This document shows, piece by piece, positions 27,653-41,332 of a stretch of 64,000 bases of DNA. Position 1 is the stretch's first letter. The number at the start of each line of letters is the position of its first letter. The position numbers and the translations under genes were made by a program. The notes under the pieces were generated by a model. The model did no database searches and was not told where the DNA came from. It saw only the letters and a list, made by a program, of their open reading frames with translations. Source of the stretch: Marsupella aquatica (lineage: Eukaryota > Plantae > Marchantiophyta); assembly GCA_973895155.1 (NCBI GenBank), contig OZ316895.1, forward strand, positions 14,318,225 through 14,382,224, in the 5' to 3' direction.

Positions 27653-30600
27653 ATGGAGGGTGCCACCACTCCTCCCTCTGGTGGTGTTCCGAACGCTGCG
27701 GGCACTACTGCTACCGTAGCCTCCACGGCCAACCCGGCATCCTCCTCTGTCGTCCAGGTTGGTGGCCCCTCAACGCCTCTGTTTTGTTAGTTTGTTGATG
27801 CTAGATGGATTGGTCTTAGTGCTTCAGAATGTTCAGTGAGTTTCCCATCTTTCCAGTTCTTTCTGTGGATGATGATCGAAGCGGTGGACACGCGAGAGAG
27901 TTTCTTGACTTATTACCTGTTAGCTGATTATGTTTAGAATATCAATGACCTCGAGGGTTGCTCAAGGTCAAATTTCTAACCGCTCACTGCGCGCTTTAGT
28001 ACCTTGCTTCTTCTTTTTAAGGCGGTTAGGTTTCGCTAGTAGGTTTCGTACTGCTGAAACGTGGGCTCTTTTGGTCGCGTAGGTAGTTGTTTCTGATAGG
28101 GATTTTAAGATATGTTGTCAATTAGGCTGGCTGTGGTTGTGGTACAACGCAGTGGATTAGTACGCATTCTCGAACATTCATTACTGCATCTTAGGTCAAG
28201 ATTCCAAAATTGATTTCTCAGATTCGGATGCACAGCATAGCACATCAGCCGATGATCCTGTCTGAAGTCGACCCGTGAATGTGGTGTCCAACTAGTGCAC
28301 GGACAGAAATTGCACAGTGAGGACTCATTTATTGGAGATTGTTATGGAAAATAGCATTTGTTAAAACACGTGGCAACGTATACTTCTAGAGCTGGCCATA
28401 TGGATTTGATTGCCATCGGGAGTTATGTGACCTGACGATTTAACAAGCGTGCACATTTTGGTGTCTTACCAGCGGCTCACCAAGTTTGGAGTGGCGGTTG
28501 ACAACTTGGAAAAGGGCCCTGCAGGGTTAGTTGAATTCTTGAACCAAGATCCAGCACAATTACCTGCAGTTCTAGATGCCCTCTTCCCAGGCGTGGAGGA
28601 GGTGAAGCAGTTGTCTTCTGCCCATGAGGAGGCTCAACCAGGCGCTTCTCGAGAAGAATTTTTTAAGCTGTGTGAAGAGGCAGTTTCTTGGGTACAGTGG
28701 TTACTCTTTAAGGCTGATCCAAAGCCTTCCTTGGCAGAGACAGGGCTTTTAAATGGTGGGCAAAGAGGGATATGTGGGGCTGTTTGGGGTAGCAATGACA
28801 TAGCATACCGCTGCAGGACCTGTGAACATGACCCAACCTGTGCCATCTGTGTCCCCTGCTTCCAAGCGGGGGACCATAGAAATCATGACTATTCGATGAT
28901 TCGCACAGGTGGGGGATGCTGTGATTGCGGCGATGCTACTGCTTGGAAACAGAAGGGATTCTGTAGTCGACATCGAGGGCCTGGATTTGCTCCACCACTG
29001 CCAACAAAGTTTCTGACCTCTGGAGTGCCTGTACTAGAAGCTCTGCTACGTATATGGGTTTCAAAGTTAAATGCTGCCCAAGCGGTTGCAGAAGGTAAAC
29101 CTAAAAAGTGGACCCTTATGGCACCCGAGGAGAAAGTGGCGTCACAAACATCGATTGCCATCATCGACATGCTTCTTGTGTTTTGCAACTCGAGTGAGAG
29201 TATGCTGAATTTTACAGCAAAGTACGTTGGTATGAAAAGTTTGGGAGTGTTGGATACACTGTTGAGGACGGAGTATTTCTTACCGGAGCGAGTGGTGAAA
29301 CGCTTGCATGTACTCCTGTACAAACTCCTTGGGGATACCTCTTTTAAGTGCTCATTTGCTCAGGAGTTCATAGCTCATTACCCCAAATTTCTACGTTTTT
29401 CTGTCCGAGAGGATTTAGAAGGCCCTGGTAGCACTTCAAATACCAAAAATGGCGACCATGCCATTTTGGGCAATTTTTCTGTGCAGATTTTTACTGTCCC
29501 AACCCTCACGCCCAGGCTGGTTCTTGAGTCCAAGCTTTTGGATATGCTTCTTGACACTCTCAAAGAACTCTTTCTGGCATGTGTTGGTGAAGATGGTAGA
29601 CTCCTGGTAAGTGAGGCTTTCTTGTTCTCAACTTTGTAGTTTGCACTGCAATAGAGTAGGCGTCATGTTCTCGCAAATTCTCGAACAACTTTTGTTGTTT
29701 TCAATGTTGCAGTTGCACATCACATAGCAATGTAAGAAGGCTTTTATGTCTAAAACTGACAGCTCGTTCACCAAAAAATAGGAGAGTCCATGAATAGGAG
29801 AGTCCATCATGTTGGAATGAAGATAGGGCCATCCAATATTGTTCGGGGTAAATTTTATGCTGTGCATAAATGGCAATAAGGTACGGTTGACGTGGAGCTT
29901 GGAATAACTTGTCGACGCTTCCTCTGATCGGTATTGTCTGGTCGTAGGTAACTAAGGGCCCTATCGTGCGCCGAGTATACTCCCGAGTGCTGGAGGATAT
30001 CCGTTATGTGATGAGTCATCTCGAAGTAGCACAGTATGTGGCACAACAAAGGCCAGAGCTAGCGAAAGCATGGTTGGAACTTGTGGCCTTTGTTCAAGGC
30101 ATGTATCCACAACGTCGCGTATTCAACATACACGTTGAAGAGGAGAATGAAGACTGGGAATCTGCTTACTATCTGGAGATGCAGATGGCATCAATTCATC
30201 CTTTGTACGTCATAGGAGCAGCGTTTGGAACGGCAGGAGATCGTGTGGAGGGTAAATTGCCCCATGATCTTTCAAAGGTAGAGAGTTACCCCGATGACGA
30301 CTCCAACATTGTTAGGCATGCAAAACTGGGTCGTATCACGAAGGAAACAGATGGAATGGATGTAGGAAGTAGCAGTGGTATGGATATTGAGATGGACGAT
30401 GTCACTAATGCAAGCTGTGCTGGAGGCAAGGAGTCTCAAAATACAGAAATCAATACTGGTGGCAAACATAGAGAAGGTAGAGGAGCGTTTGCAAGCATGG
30501 TACCGGTGCCACTTCTATGGCTTGTCTCTGAGTGTATAAATGTTCTTGACAAATGGCTGGTTTTGGACACAGCTAGGGAACTTGCAAAAGGCCCTGGGCA

Positions 30601-33600
30601 ACCAAACTCAGACAATGGGGCAACTGCTGGGCATCGAAGAAGTATTTGGAGAGGGAGATCGAGGGGTCTCACCAGAGGAGCACGCACTAATGCTTTAATT
30701 TTAGATCCCGCGGGGCCTGTACTTGCTCTGGCTCCTGCTCCTGCCCCTGCTCCTGCTCCTGCACCTGCCCCTGCACCCACACCTGCTCCTGCAGTAGAAG
30801 CTGGGGGGCCGGGTAGAGGCGGTACTATAAGAGATTGGCTTCGTCGGACAAGGCGGCAGTATGCAATAGAACCAACGTTGCCAGACGAAAGAAGGGCCTC
30901 CGGTGGGTCAGCCAGTGGCACGGACTCTGCTGATATGGATGTGGATACAACAACAGTTGTAGAATCAGGGAGATCCCGAGAAACCGCTGGAAGAGAATGG
31001 TGGATGGGTGCTGATGTTCTTACGCCAGGGGCTGGTGTTGGTCAACTGGTCGGGGAGGATTGGCCGGCCATGGAATTTGATGTTAGCCGACAAGATGTTT
31101 CATTTCATATACCTTTGCATCGAATGGTAGCCATTCTTCTACATAAAGCTTTGGAATCACACGCCTCAAATGCGGAGTTATCTGGCCGTGGTGTTTTGGA
31201 TAAGCCCATCTCCTTAAGCCAGCTTCTTCCGGATAAGTATCAAGTGCCTGGTTTTGCAGCACTCATGATGGAGCATCCATTGCGTTTGCAAGTTTTATGT
31301 GCACAGGTGCAGGCTGGCATGTGGCGTCGAAATGGTCATACGACCAGTACTCTCTGCGAGCTTTATCGCACGGTTCCTTGGTAGGTCATCTGAGTGTATA
31401 TCTGCATAGTTTAAAAGAAGAAGGCTAGCTTAATTTCTAGATTTTTTGGTTCCTGTGAATAGCTGTTCAGTAGTATCTTTGAAGTGGCACAACGCAGGTG
31501 ATGTTATTTGAGCTCCTCTTGTGAGACCCCTCGATCTCCTGTATACATAGAGAGGATCAATCTTCTATATAAATAGACAGACCAATCTTTGCGGACTTTG
31601 AGAGCTAGAGACTCTAATCTTGAAATCCTTTCACGGCGATCGGAGACTAATGGTGATGGGTGTTTGCAAATGTGCTGAAATTCTGAGGTTCAGGTGTGAA
31701 GACAGTTTGGAGCTCGACCTTTTGATTTTGCAGTGTTGTTCAGTTTTAGCACCACCTGAAAAGTTTGTTGATCGCATACAAACTCGTTTTGGCTTGACGG
31801 AGTATTTCACTCTCCATCTAAGGTCTCCTAACGAGTGAGTGCCTGCTTGTGCCCGAAACGGAAACCCTTCCCCTCCTTTTACCATAGCAGTCTCTGGCCT
31901 GGTTGATATAATTTACAATCACTCATAGTTGACCTGCATGGTGACAGATACGAGCCCAGTTTGGCGCAAGAGTTCATCATTCTGCTCATTAGGCTGTGTG
32001 CTGAAAGAGGGTTTTGTGGACTATCACCAGTAGAAGCATTACGGCGAGAGCTGGTCCAGCGGTTAGCAGTGGGAGATGCAACACATAGCTCATTATTAAA
32101 GGCTCTTCCTCGACGGTTACAAGATTCAAAACATTTGGATGAATGCCTGAATTCTGTGGCAGTATATCGAACTCCATCTGGCATGCAACAGGTTATTCTA
32201 GGGCCCCTATTCTTTGTCTCTTAGTACTGCGTGATTCTTATGTTTCAATCCGTCCTCACGGCATGGAACATATTCCAGTTTAGAGAGAGCGCGTGAAGTA
32301 CTAAACTTACTGCTCGAACGATTAACCAGAAGTGGGGTCCTTCCTTCTTTTATTCATTGCAAAGACTTGTCAAGTTTGATTCTTCGGTTGTGTAATGTTT
32401 GTTAGCTATCATCTACCATGCTGATGTGCATATTTTGTTTTCAAATCTCCGAGGAGTCTGATGACTATTTCCACAGTAGTATTCCATTAGGTTTAGTGCT
32501 ACCGGACGTTTCCTACAGATTGTAGAGGAATTCGATTTGTGTATTGTTAGGTTTCTGTGGTTTCAAGTTCTAACATTGAATGCGAATTTTTATAATTTCT
32601 ATTAAGTCAATTTATTTGACTAGATGTGGTCGCACTGGGGCTTTGTGAACAAACAGGGAAAGTACTCCTTACGGGAAGAGTGCTGGCGTGAGTTGGATCT
32701 CTATCATCCACGATGGAGCCTGCGAGAGCTCCAGTCTGCAGAGGACCGATATATTCGGGCATGCAAGTCATCTCCTATCTACATGCAGTTACCCTGCTGG
32801 AAGAAGCCGTTCGCTCCTTTGCAGACAATGGGCCGTTTTGTTACTTCAGCAAGGGTGCATGATATTTTACGGAGTGTATTTTTCCATGCCGCTTTTGCTG
32901 AAAATCTATCTGATTCACGGGCTCCAGAGGGCTTATTATTTGCTGCCCTGCACCTGCTTGCATTGGCACTGGATGTATGCGCTCTGTCAGCCAAACGTGG
33001 GTATGATGGTAGTGGAGATGTACAAATGTCTGGTGAGGAGGCCTCTGGCAGCAACGTTTCACATGTAGAAGATACGAATTTTTCTGTTTTAGGGGATTCT
33101 AGTTCCAGTAGTTTTCTAAGGAATGAAGAGCCCCCACTTCTGGCTCGATCAGTCGAGAGAGTATGCGTCCATTGTGCTGATGGGAATGTGATGCCAGAGA
33201 ACCATACTCTGCTCTCTCTGCTGGTTTTGCTATTTCGCAAGTATGGATCAGGTGGGGGCACTCCAGGGACGTTAGCGGAAACTATCCGATACAGTGCTGG
33301 CGATGTAATTAAATCCTTACTGCGGAAGTTTGCTGATCTACATAGAGGGTGCATGTATGAGATAGAATCTCTAGTGCCTGAGATTCTGCATAGACGAACT
33401 GTTGCATTACCTACATCGGAAGGTGGTGGTGGAATGGACCCTGATGAGACGAAGGCTGTTTCAGATGCGGAAAGGCGGAAAGCCACGGCTCGAGAACGTC
33501 AACAAGCCATCATGGTGTGTGGTTGTGTTAAATTATGGGTTCAAGTTTATTGAAAACTATTCTGCAAGCTGTGGAATCTGTTGATGACTTGTACCTATCT

Positions 33601-36600
33601 GCGATTGAATTTGAAAACTTAAAAGATTTCGTACACACAGCTTTATCCTTCAAGGGCTTACGTGTTCAATTCTTTGTAGCTGCTCACCTGACATAGTTGA
33701 GTCGACCTTCTCGGATTAATCTGTGTTGTGCTGTTGTGCAGGCAAAAATGAAAGCTGCCCAAGATAGATTTGTTGCCAGTTTGCAGGTTGTACCCAGTGA
33801 TCCAGAATTAGATGAGACAAAACCGAGAAGACCGAGAGAAACGATAGAACTAGAAGTAGGTGAAGGGTCAAGTGACGAAAGCACGGGAACAGCTTGTGCT
33901 CTGTGCCGAGACTCAGGGTCTGGAAGTCCTCTGTGCTTCCTGACGTTGGTGCAGGTAAGCCCCTTGTTGGTTTTGGGTTCAGTTATCATTCTCTTGTTCT
34001 CAGTACGCAAAGTTCGCTACTGACTGTGTATTGTATTGCCTTAGTCCAAAATGCATCCTTGTTCATAGAACCTCCATTTGAATGTGATTTCATATCCTGC
34101 AACAATAACTAAAAGTAAGCTCATGTGGTGCTTTTTAGGAAGGAGGCATATATCTTAACTGTTTATATTCTAATTTATCTTTGCAGAAATCCAGGATCCT
34201 CGCTCTCGCTCAAAAGCCTACGCCATCCTGGGAGAGGCCCTCTTCTAAGGCTGGGCTTCCATTTGGCGAAAGAAGGAGCGAGGCTTCGGGGAGCCTTGTA
34301 GATGGAACTAATGTTGAAATGTACACTACTGCGGATCTGTGGAACTGGATCCAGGAGGCGCTAGCAGATGCTGCTACACGGGAGAGGTTGCTAGAAGGAG
34401 AGGCCCTGCTTGAGGTATTTAGAAACGGGATCCATCCAGGCATTCGAAATACAGTTCGACTGGCTAATGCAGTTGGATTGCCCCCTGTGACAGTAAATGA
34501 GCCAGTTGAGCCTGAAGTTGACGAGGGAGAGAGCAGTGGGGAGAACAATGAAATTGAAAGCTACCAAGAGGATGCGCCAATTACCTCGCCAACTTGGTGG
34601 GAGCAGGATCCAGGTTTGACAAGCTCTGAGGAATGGAGCACCAGGGAGGTCGGACTTGCTACAGTGCTGGCAGAGTACGTTGCTGCAGTGTCCAGAGACC
34701 GTCAGCGGGTCGGGGATAGAGTGCAAACAACACGAGTGGATATTGAACTAGGACAAGAGGGTAGCGGGGCAGTTAGGGCAAGGAGGTTGCCAGGACGCAA
34801 TATAATGGATGCCACTGTCAATACTGGGCTTGGGATAAGTGATACATCTGGAGTTTATCTTTCGGCATGTGGACATGCAGTTCATCAAGAGTGTCTTGAT
34901 CGCTACTTCTCAACTCTCCTCCAAAGGTGTAGTGTACATGTTTCACCTCGAACACCTGATATACGTAGATACAAGTAATTCTTACTTTGTTGAACTGCAT
35001 GTTATGAGGATGATCTTAAGTTGGGCTTCGCACCGAACATCATATATCTCGATATTACCATGTCACTGATCCTGTGCAACGCCGGAATTAATCTGTATTC
35101 GGTATTCAGTCTTAGTCTTGCATCTGAGCTGGTGGGTTTGTTCTTGCGCAGGTATTATAGCAGAGCTCTTTTTGAGGGAGTGCAGATTGTCGACCCGGAT
35201 ATGGTATATCTCTCTAGCCTTCTGTGGAATGAAAGTCATTTTTCTCTTCCAGTAGCAAGTCAACTGAGTTTATTTTTTCCTCAAGATAATTGGTGGTGTC
35301 TATGGTAGTCTGAGTCTTTGCGTCCACCGATCACATTGGAACAGTTTGTGGCTGGCAGTTCCTATTCACTTACGCTCTGTAATTTATGGACGAAATCAAT
35401 ATATCTCTTTCTCATACGCAGCTCTGAGGTTTCTTCCATCTCATTTGATAGATTCGTGATAAACCCTTGTTTTGTCTGTCTGTTCTAGCTGACTGCAGCC
35501 CTGTCTGTGTCAAAACGCTCGAGGGACAGTTGTGGACTGCAATATGCTATTGAGACTGTTCCAAACATAATGCTTCTCTTCGTTTGAATAAAAGTTGAGC
35601 ATTGATAGTTCTAAGATGTTGAAACTGGTTTTGGCTACCTTTTGCAGGGGGAGTTCCTGTGTCCAGTTTGTCGTCGCCTTGCCAATTCGATTATCCCTGT
35701 CTTACCTGGAACTTTGGGTTCTGACCTTCAAAGCAAAGGTAGTTGCTTTGGTAGCTCTGTTCTGGGAGCCCCTCCCTCTGGAGATTTATCTGGTCCCTCC
35801 GACTTGGAGAGCTCTGAGTCAACAAAAATACAATTACCACAAGCTTTCTGTTTACTCTCTAATGCAGAGAACATGGTTAGTAAGGCCGGATTCAGGAAAG
35901 CAGTCAACACTCAGCTTCCGGATTCCATCAACGCTGCATTAGAAACCCTTTCAATCAGGCTCCATGGTCTATTTAACCCCGATAAGGAGCATGGTGGTGC
36001 GAATGGACGGGTATCGCAAAGTTTGCATCTTTGGGATGTGTTCCGGTACTCACTGATGTCAGCTGAGTTGGCTGCCCGCACGCAGCAGGCCTGCTCACTT
36101 GTGCAGGGTTCACTGAGTGGCCTTTTGATCCTTGAAGAAGTTGTGGATGCCAGCAAAGGATCGGTTTTCCCATTGCTGCTGCAAGCCACCCAAGCAGTTC
36201 AATGCCAAAGTCGTCAGGTTGTACTGTTACGTTCACGTGGCATGCAGCTACTAGCCGACTCTATTATTCATGGTGTTTCCAGAGATCTCTTCTCAGAGAA
36301 ATCTATACAAGGTGATCTTCTTCTTCTTCTTCTTCTTCGTCTTGTTATTGTTGTCATCATCATCTGTCTAACTTGACGCGTAACTGTAGTATATAATTTT
36401 TATTGCGAGTTCGTCATAACTTGCAGGAAGTGTATGATTGGAGGTTGTCAAGTAGGTGGACCTACTTATCAATTTGATAAATTGCTGATTCATCGTAATG
36501 TTGACAGGAAATTTCTCCTCTCTCCTGCAGTATCTGGAAAAATCACAAGATTCTGCAGACGTGCAATTTTGGAAGTGTATGGCAGATCCTGTGCTTCTAC

Positions 36601-39249
36601 ATGATCCATTTTCTTCTCTACTTTGGCTACTTTTCTGTTTGCCATTGCCACTGCCGTCAGGAGAGGGGCCTTTCACCGCGCTTGTTCATCTGTACTACTC
36701 TGTTTGCCTCACTCAGGTAAGATTCCTGTATGCTCTTGGGTTCTTTGGGAATGTGATATGTGCCACACTTGGTTCCATGAGGACTTGGTACACAGCATTA
36801 CCATTACGAGTCTATTTTCGACTTTGGCAAACAACAATCTCTTTGTCCTTGTTTTCTCTTGCTATGGCGCCCGTCTATTGCAAAGTGCGGAAGCAGTCGG
36901 AATACGGTGCTTATAGGATCACCTGTAGTTGGCATTAGATCCAGCCCATATACACCGTCCTATTTTAAGGCTCGCATTAACGTAGATGGGAGATGTTTAG
37001 TTAAATGACTCGAAATAGTGGATACTCTCCACGTGAGCCGACCTTTGTAGTAGCGCCAAATAGCAGAGTCATAGTTCAAAAAATGAGTGTTCAAGTTGGA
37101 GTGGGATGCTCGGAGGACTCAAATGTGCTGTGTTGTGTTGTGTTGTGTTGTTTTGTGGACTGCAGGTGATTGCATACGCTGGAGCGGCCCTTGAATCAGA
37201 TGCTGAAGTGGGACAATCTGCGTTCACTTTTGTAACAGGCACACTGGAAACATTGAGTGGGACTGTACTGGCTCCTGGTTCAGATAGTGATTATCCATCC
37301 ATCCCTGCTGGCCCTCCACTTACTGTCTTTCGTCGCTTGACGCTACCCTACCTTCGACAATGTTCTCTGCTGCAGAAATTGATTTCTGGAGCAGGTCAAG
37401 TTCTCCCCGTGCCGAGTGCCCATTTGTGGGAGCTGTCACAAAGGAATGGTTCGACATCTGTCCAGAATTCTAACAAGACTGCGGATGGCGGTATTAGACA
37501 CGAGGAGCAACAGTTACTAGGAGAAATGGCAGAGTTGGACCAGTTGGAAAGCTTTTTTTCCATTCCGCCATTGACGGCCCTACTGAATGATAATAATTTC
37601 CAAAGTATTGCACAAAAGTGGTGTCAGCATGTCCGTAGTGAAGGGGGTGCTCGGAGTTTACGATACATCCCTCGTCCAATTAGAGCTGCCCCATTCAAAT
37701 TGATGGAGCTGCCACATTTATTCCAAGATCTGCTACAACGGTGTGTGACTGGGTGGAAGATGTAGTTCTTAGCTTTGATCCGGTCACTTTTTAGTGAAGA
37801 GATTGATGCTGTTGAACTATGGTGCATTCCTTCGTCCACTGCACGATAGCAACCACAATGTCATACTAGTTGGAACTGAATGAGATTTACAAGTTTCTAG
37901 GTTTCTTGGATCATTTCTTGATGAACCATGCATTATCGGCAGGTATGTGAAGGAGCGCTGCCTTCGGTGTGGTGGTGTGCCAGACAAGCCAGCATTGTGC
38001 CTGTTATGTGGTACCCTCTGCTGCGCTGTTGCTTCTATACGCCCATGCTGCAGGTTGGTTAATTTCGAGTTTTTAGCAATTGTCTCATAAGCATTTCTGC
38101 GAAACTATGATAGCTGCTTTTCCACAAGCCATTTTGGTGCAGGTGAAGGTATCTGTATAGAATCAGTGAACCAAACTGTGAGGCAACGTGACCGTCGTTA
38201 ATGGTCCACGTAGTTGCCGGTGTTCATATATCTTTTGATCTCCGTGGGTCCTGTCCCATTACGCAGAGGCTAACCGTTATGCTACAAGTTCTACTCATCT
38301 GTAAATGATAGTCGCTGATGCGTTTTATGTTTTGCGGCAGCGTAAACAGGCAAGGTGAATGCTACAGACATGCAATGGCTTGTGGTGCCGGTGTGGGTGT
38401 CTTCTTGATGCTTCGGGTGTGTACACTCCACATTTCCTGTGGGACACGAGGGATAGAGATGCCTGTAACATCAATTCAACATTCCAAAGCATTGTATGAT
38501 CTACATGTAGATCGGAAGAGCTTCTGGAAGTGGGGATACAAGGGGGGATATCATGGAGTCAAGCAATGTCCTTTAAGTCAGTTTCAGGACCGCTTCTTGT
38601 GCTAACATTTTTATCTGGTCAATTGCAGAAAACAAACATTTTGCTTCAACGATGTGAACGACAAGCTTTCTGGCCTTCACCTTATTTGGATGCCTTTGGA
38701 GAGGAGGTTTGCCTTCTTGTTCTCTAATCTTTGATGGGGAGCAGCTTGTTAATGGGTTGTGTTGGAGTACAGCTGTCCTGTGATTTGTTGGCCTTCCTAA
38801 CCGACCTTGTGGAAATTGTGTGATAGGATATCGAGGGACGAGGGAAGCCATTATTCTTGAGTGAAGAAAGATATGCAGCACTCAATGCCATGGTACATCT
38901 CGAGTCACGGATATTTTGATCGTGCAAAACTGATCCAACGTAGTTACCTAGCAAACATGGTTTTTCAGTGCAGACGTCGATTTAGAACTTGAATGGCAAA
39001 ATGCGTTGGGTGTGTGCAGGTTGCATCGCATGGGCTTGATTATTGCTCTTTGGTGTTAGCTCACACGTCACGGCAAATGCTCTGATGAGTCCCAGGGATG
39101 TGTCCCTAGTAGTCTTGAGCTACTGGTCTGAGCCCTGCCTCCCAGACTTGAAACACAGCATGGGTTTGTTGTCTCTGCAGGTTGCTTCACATGGGCTTGA
39201 TTATAGCTCATTGGTGTTAGCTCATACGACTCGCCAAGCACAATTCTAA
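27653..39249 (+). CDS. PRT6: E3 ubiquitin ligase PROTEOLYSIS6 (UBR1-type N-recognin), about 2250 aa, 17 coding exons: 27653-27757, 28473-29606, 29948-31380, 31694-31834, 31948-32191, 32657-33514, 33742-33954, 34187-34926, 35152-35203, 35648-36311, 36508-36716, 37166-37740, 37943-38053, 38350-38416 (or 38341-38416), 38629-38706, 38827-38892, then 39020-39085 or 39181-39249
   Basis: UBR box (CGAVW...YRCRTCEHDPTCAICVPCF...GGCCDCGD), SVQIFTVPTL, VSFHIPLHR, AGMWRRNG, split RING (CALC...CGHAVHQEC...CPVCRR) and C-terminal WPSPYLDAFGEED...RGKPL. GT-AG junctions keep the frame throughout. Confidence 0.96.
30727..30793 (+). repeat. Hexanucleotide repeat encoding (AP)n within PRT6
   Basis: gctcct/gcccct/gcacct units translate to LAPAPAPAPAPAPAPAPTPAPA. 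Confidence 0.85.
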
Positions 39250-40759
39250 GAACAAACAGCACTTTGGCGTGCAGTTGCTTACATGCTATCTCTCAATCAA
39301 GGTACATTTGCTGAAGCACTTCACAGTAGGAAACACCTATAGGTAGTATTGTACAGATGGACATAGATATGTTGATCCTGTGAGTCTTCCACTGCTTGTT
39401 TCCAAACTGTCGTGCATCATTATACCCTGTTTGTATTGTCAGTGCATTTAATTTGCTGATTGACCATGACCATCGTGCTCAGGAGAAGAGTTTTCAACTT
39501 CACGCAATCCGCAAGAGCTCCACCAGGCTAGCTTTCGACGTGAAGATTGGGATGGTTGTTGGATTGTTGCAAGGTCATGAACCGTGCAGAGAATCAATAT
39601 TTTGTCTCCTACGTATCAGTTAAACCAGGGACAAATAGGTTGAAATGTAAATTTGTAATTGTCAGTGAATAGAACACAAGATGGTCTAGTCGGAAGAAAC
39701 ATTTAATGTGGTCCACAGAGGTCAACATGAGCCTCATGTACATATTTGAGATGAATTGTAGTGATCTTAACGGTGACGGATCTGCGCGCAGAAGTATACC
39801 AGACTGAAAAAGAACTGACTGCATGAATGTTATCTTGGAGGCCATCCTCGATTCTCCAACAAGGTCAATCGGGCCATCATTGAGTTGGATGCTGGCTGCA
39901 GTGCATCGAGTAGAACCCTTTGGCTATGTGATCGGTATCCTGTGGTCCACGAAGATAGGAATTGAAACTGGGTTAAACATTCTAACACAAAAAGTCATGC
40001 CAGAAATATGTATCCTAAATTACACATGATGTATTTAATCTGCTCCCTACAAAGGATTGGATTCTAGACTTAAACTTTACTAATCAAGATATGTCAGGGC
40101 TGGATGTTGTCCGCATTCTTTCACCCTAGCCCTGATTGCAATGAACTTAAATCGCCACTCATCCCATTGAGCGGATCTTGTTTGACAAACCCTGGCTTCA
40201 GCTCAGCGAGGTGAAAATGGAAGTCGGGCCTGGTGCCTCTATGTTATGCTGGCCTCCATGGGTTGTCTTCAATCGCAATCTGGGGACCGATTAGTATCTA
40301 TTGCTGCAGCCCTCTCCCAGCAACTAGTGGGTCTCTCCAGTGATCATTGTTAAGCTTGGCAGGGGCTTGTGGTCTGTGTAGAATGTCTCTCAAGCACCAC
40401 AATGAGGGTTTTAGAAACCTTTCGCGAATGTCATTCTAATTTTCTCCCAGGCGTCTGTCTTACACGATAATTGGCCATTTGATTTGAATATTCCCAACTG
40501 GGAACTCGTGGCTTGTACTCCATGACGTGTGTTCTTTCTTTGATTCAAGGTTTGCAGTCATTGGGATAAATCACGGTCAGACTGCCCCTTTGCTTGTGCT
40601 ATGATGGTCTCTGGCCCAGACACCGCGTTAAACACATTTCTCTGTATCTTTGAGTATCTTCGTAAGACCTAGTAACCCAATTGGCTGGTCACACATGTCT
40701 TCAGCTAAGCCTCGCAACAGAGCTGCAGTGGTCCATCTGGGGATTGCCAGTAGGTAAGG

Positions 40760-41332
40760 CGAATAATGGACAGCCAGTTATGCCAAAGATATGCCATAGT
40801 TGCCTGCCAACTTCCATGGCCAAAAAGCGGAAACCACACCTGCCCATATAAAGCCGGACTCCCTTCCTCACTACTCATTCCTGTCCTAAAACCCACTACT
40901 CCACACTCTTGTTCTTTGGTCAATAATGGACAGCCCACTTGCCCATATAAAACCCCCATTCCCTCCCTCACTACTCCTCATTTGTCCTTTGGATATAAAA
41001 GCCCCCTCCCTTCCTACAACCCACTACTCCTCAGCCCAAAGAGGCATGACTTTGTGGTAGCTCATTTGAGTAGAGATTAATAGATCTTGGGTTCAACTAG
41101 CCCAAAGAGGCATGACTTTGTGGTAGCTCATTTGAGTAGAGATTAATAGATCTTGGGTTCAACTATTGTGACTGACTCTTCTCTTTCCTGGGGTTTTACA
41201 GATTTCTCCTTAAAAAAAATTAAAAACAAAAAAATCCACTACTCCTCACTCTTGTTCACTCTTCTCTTTCTGTGAGGTTTTACAGATTTCTCCTTAAAAA
41301 AAATAAAAAACAAAAAAATCCACTACTCCTCA
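40760..41332 (+). repeat. Compound repeat: degenerate ccatataa/ccactactcc units, an exact 66-bp tandem duplication (41033-41098, 41099-41164) and two A-tailed segments
   Basis: Direct sequence comparison. CCACTACTCCTCA occurs at 41021, 41236 and 41320. Confidence 0.85.

Noticed and set aside
28634-38954. Numerous antisense and alternate-frame ORFs across PRT6
   Set aside because: Shadow ORFs of the real coding exons.
39082-39110. CTGATGA-GTCCC-A-GGGAT hammerhead-like start after PRT6 exon A
   Set aside because: Lacks the required GAAA and stem III.
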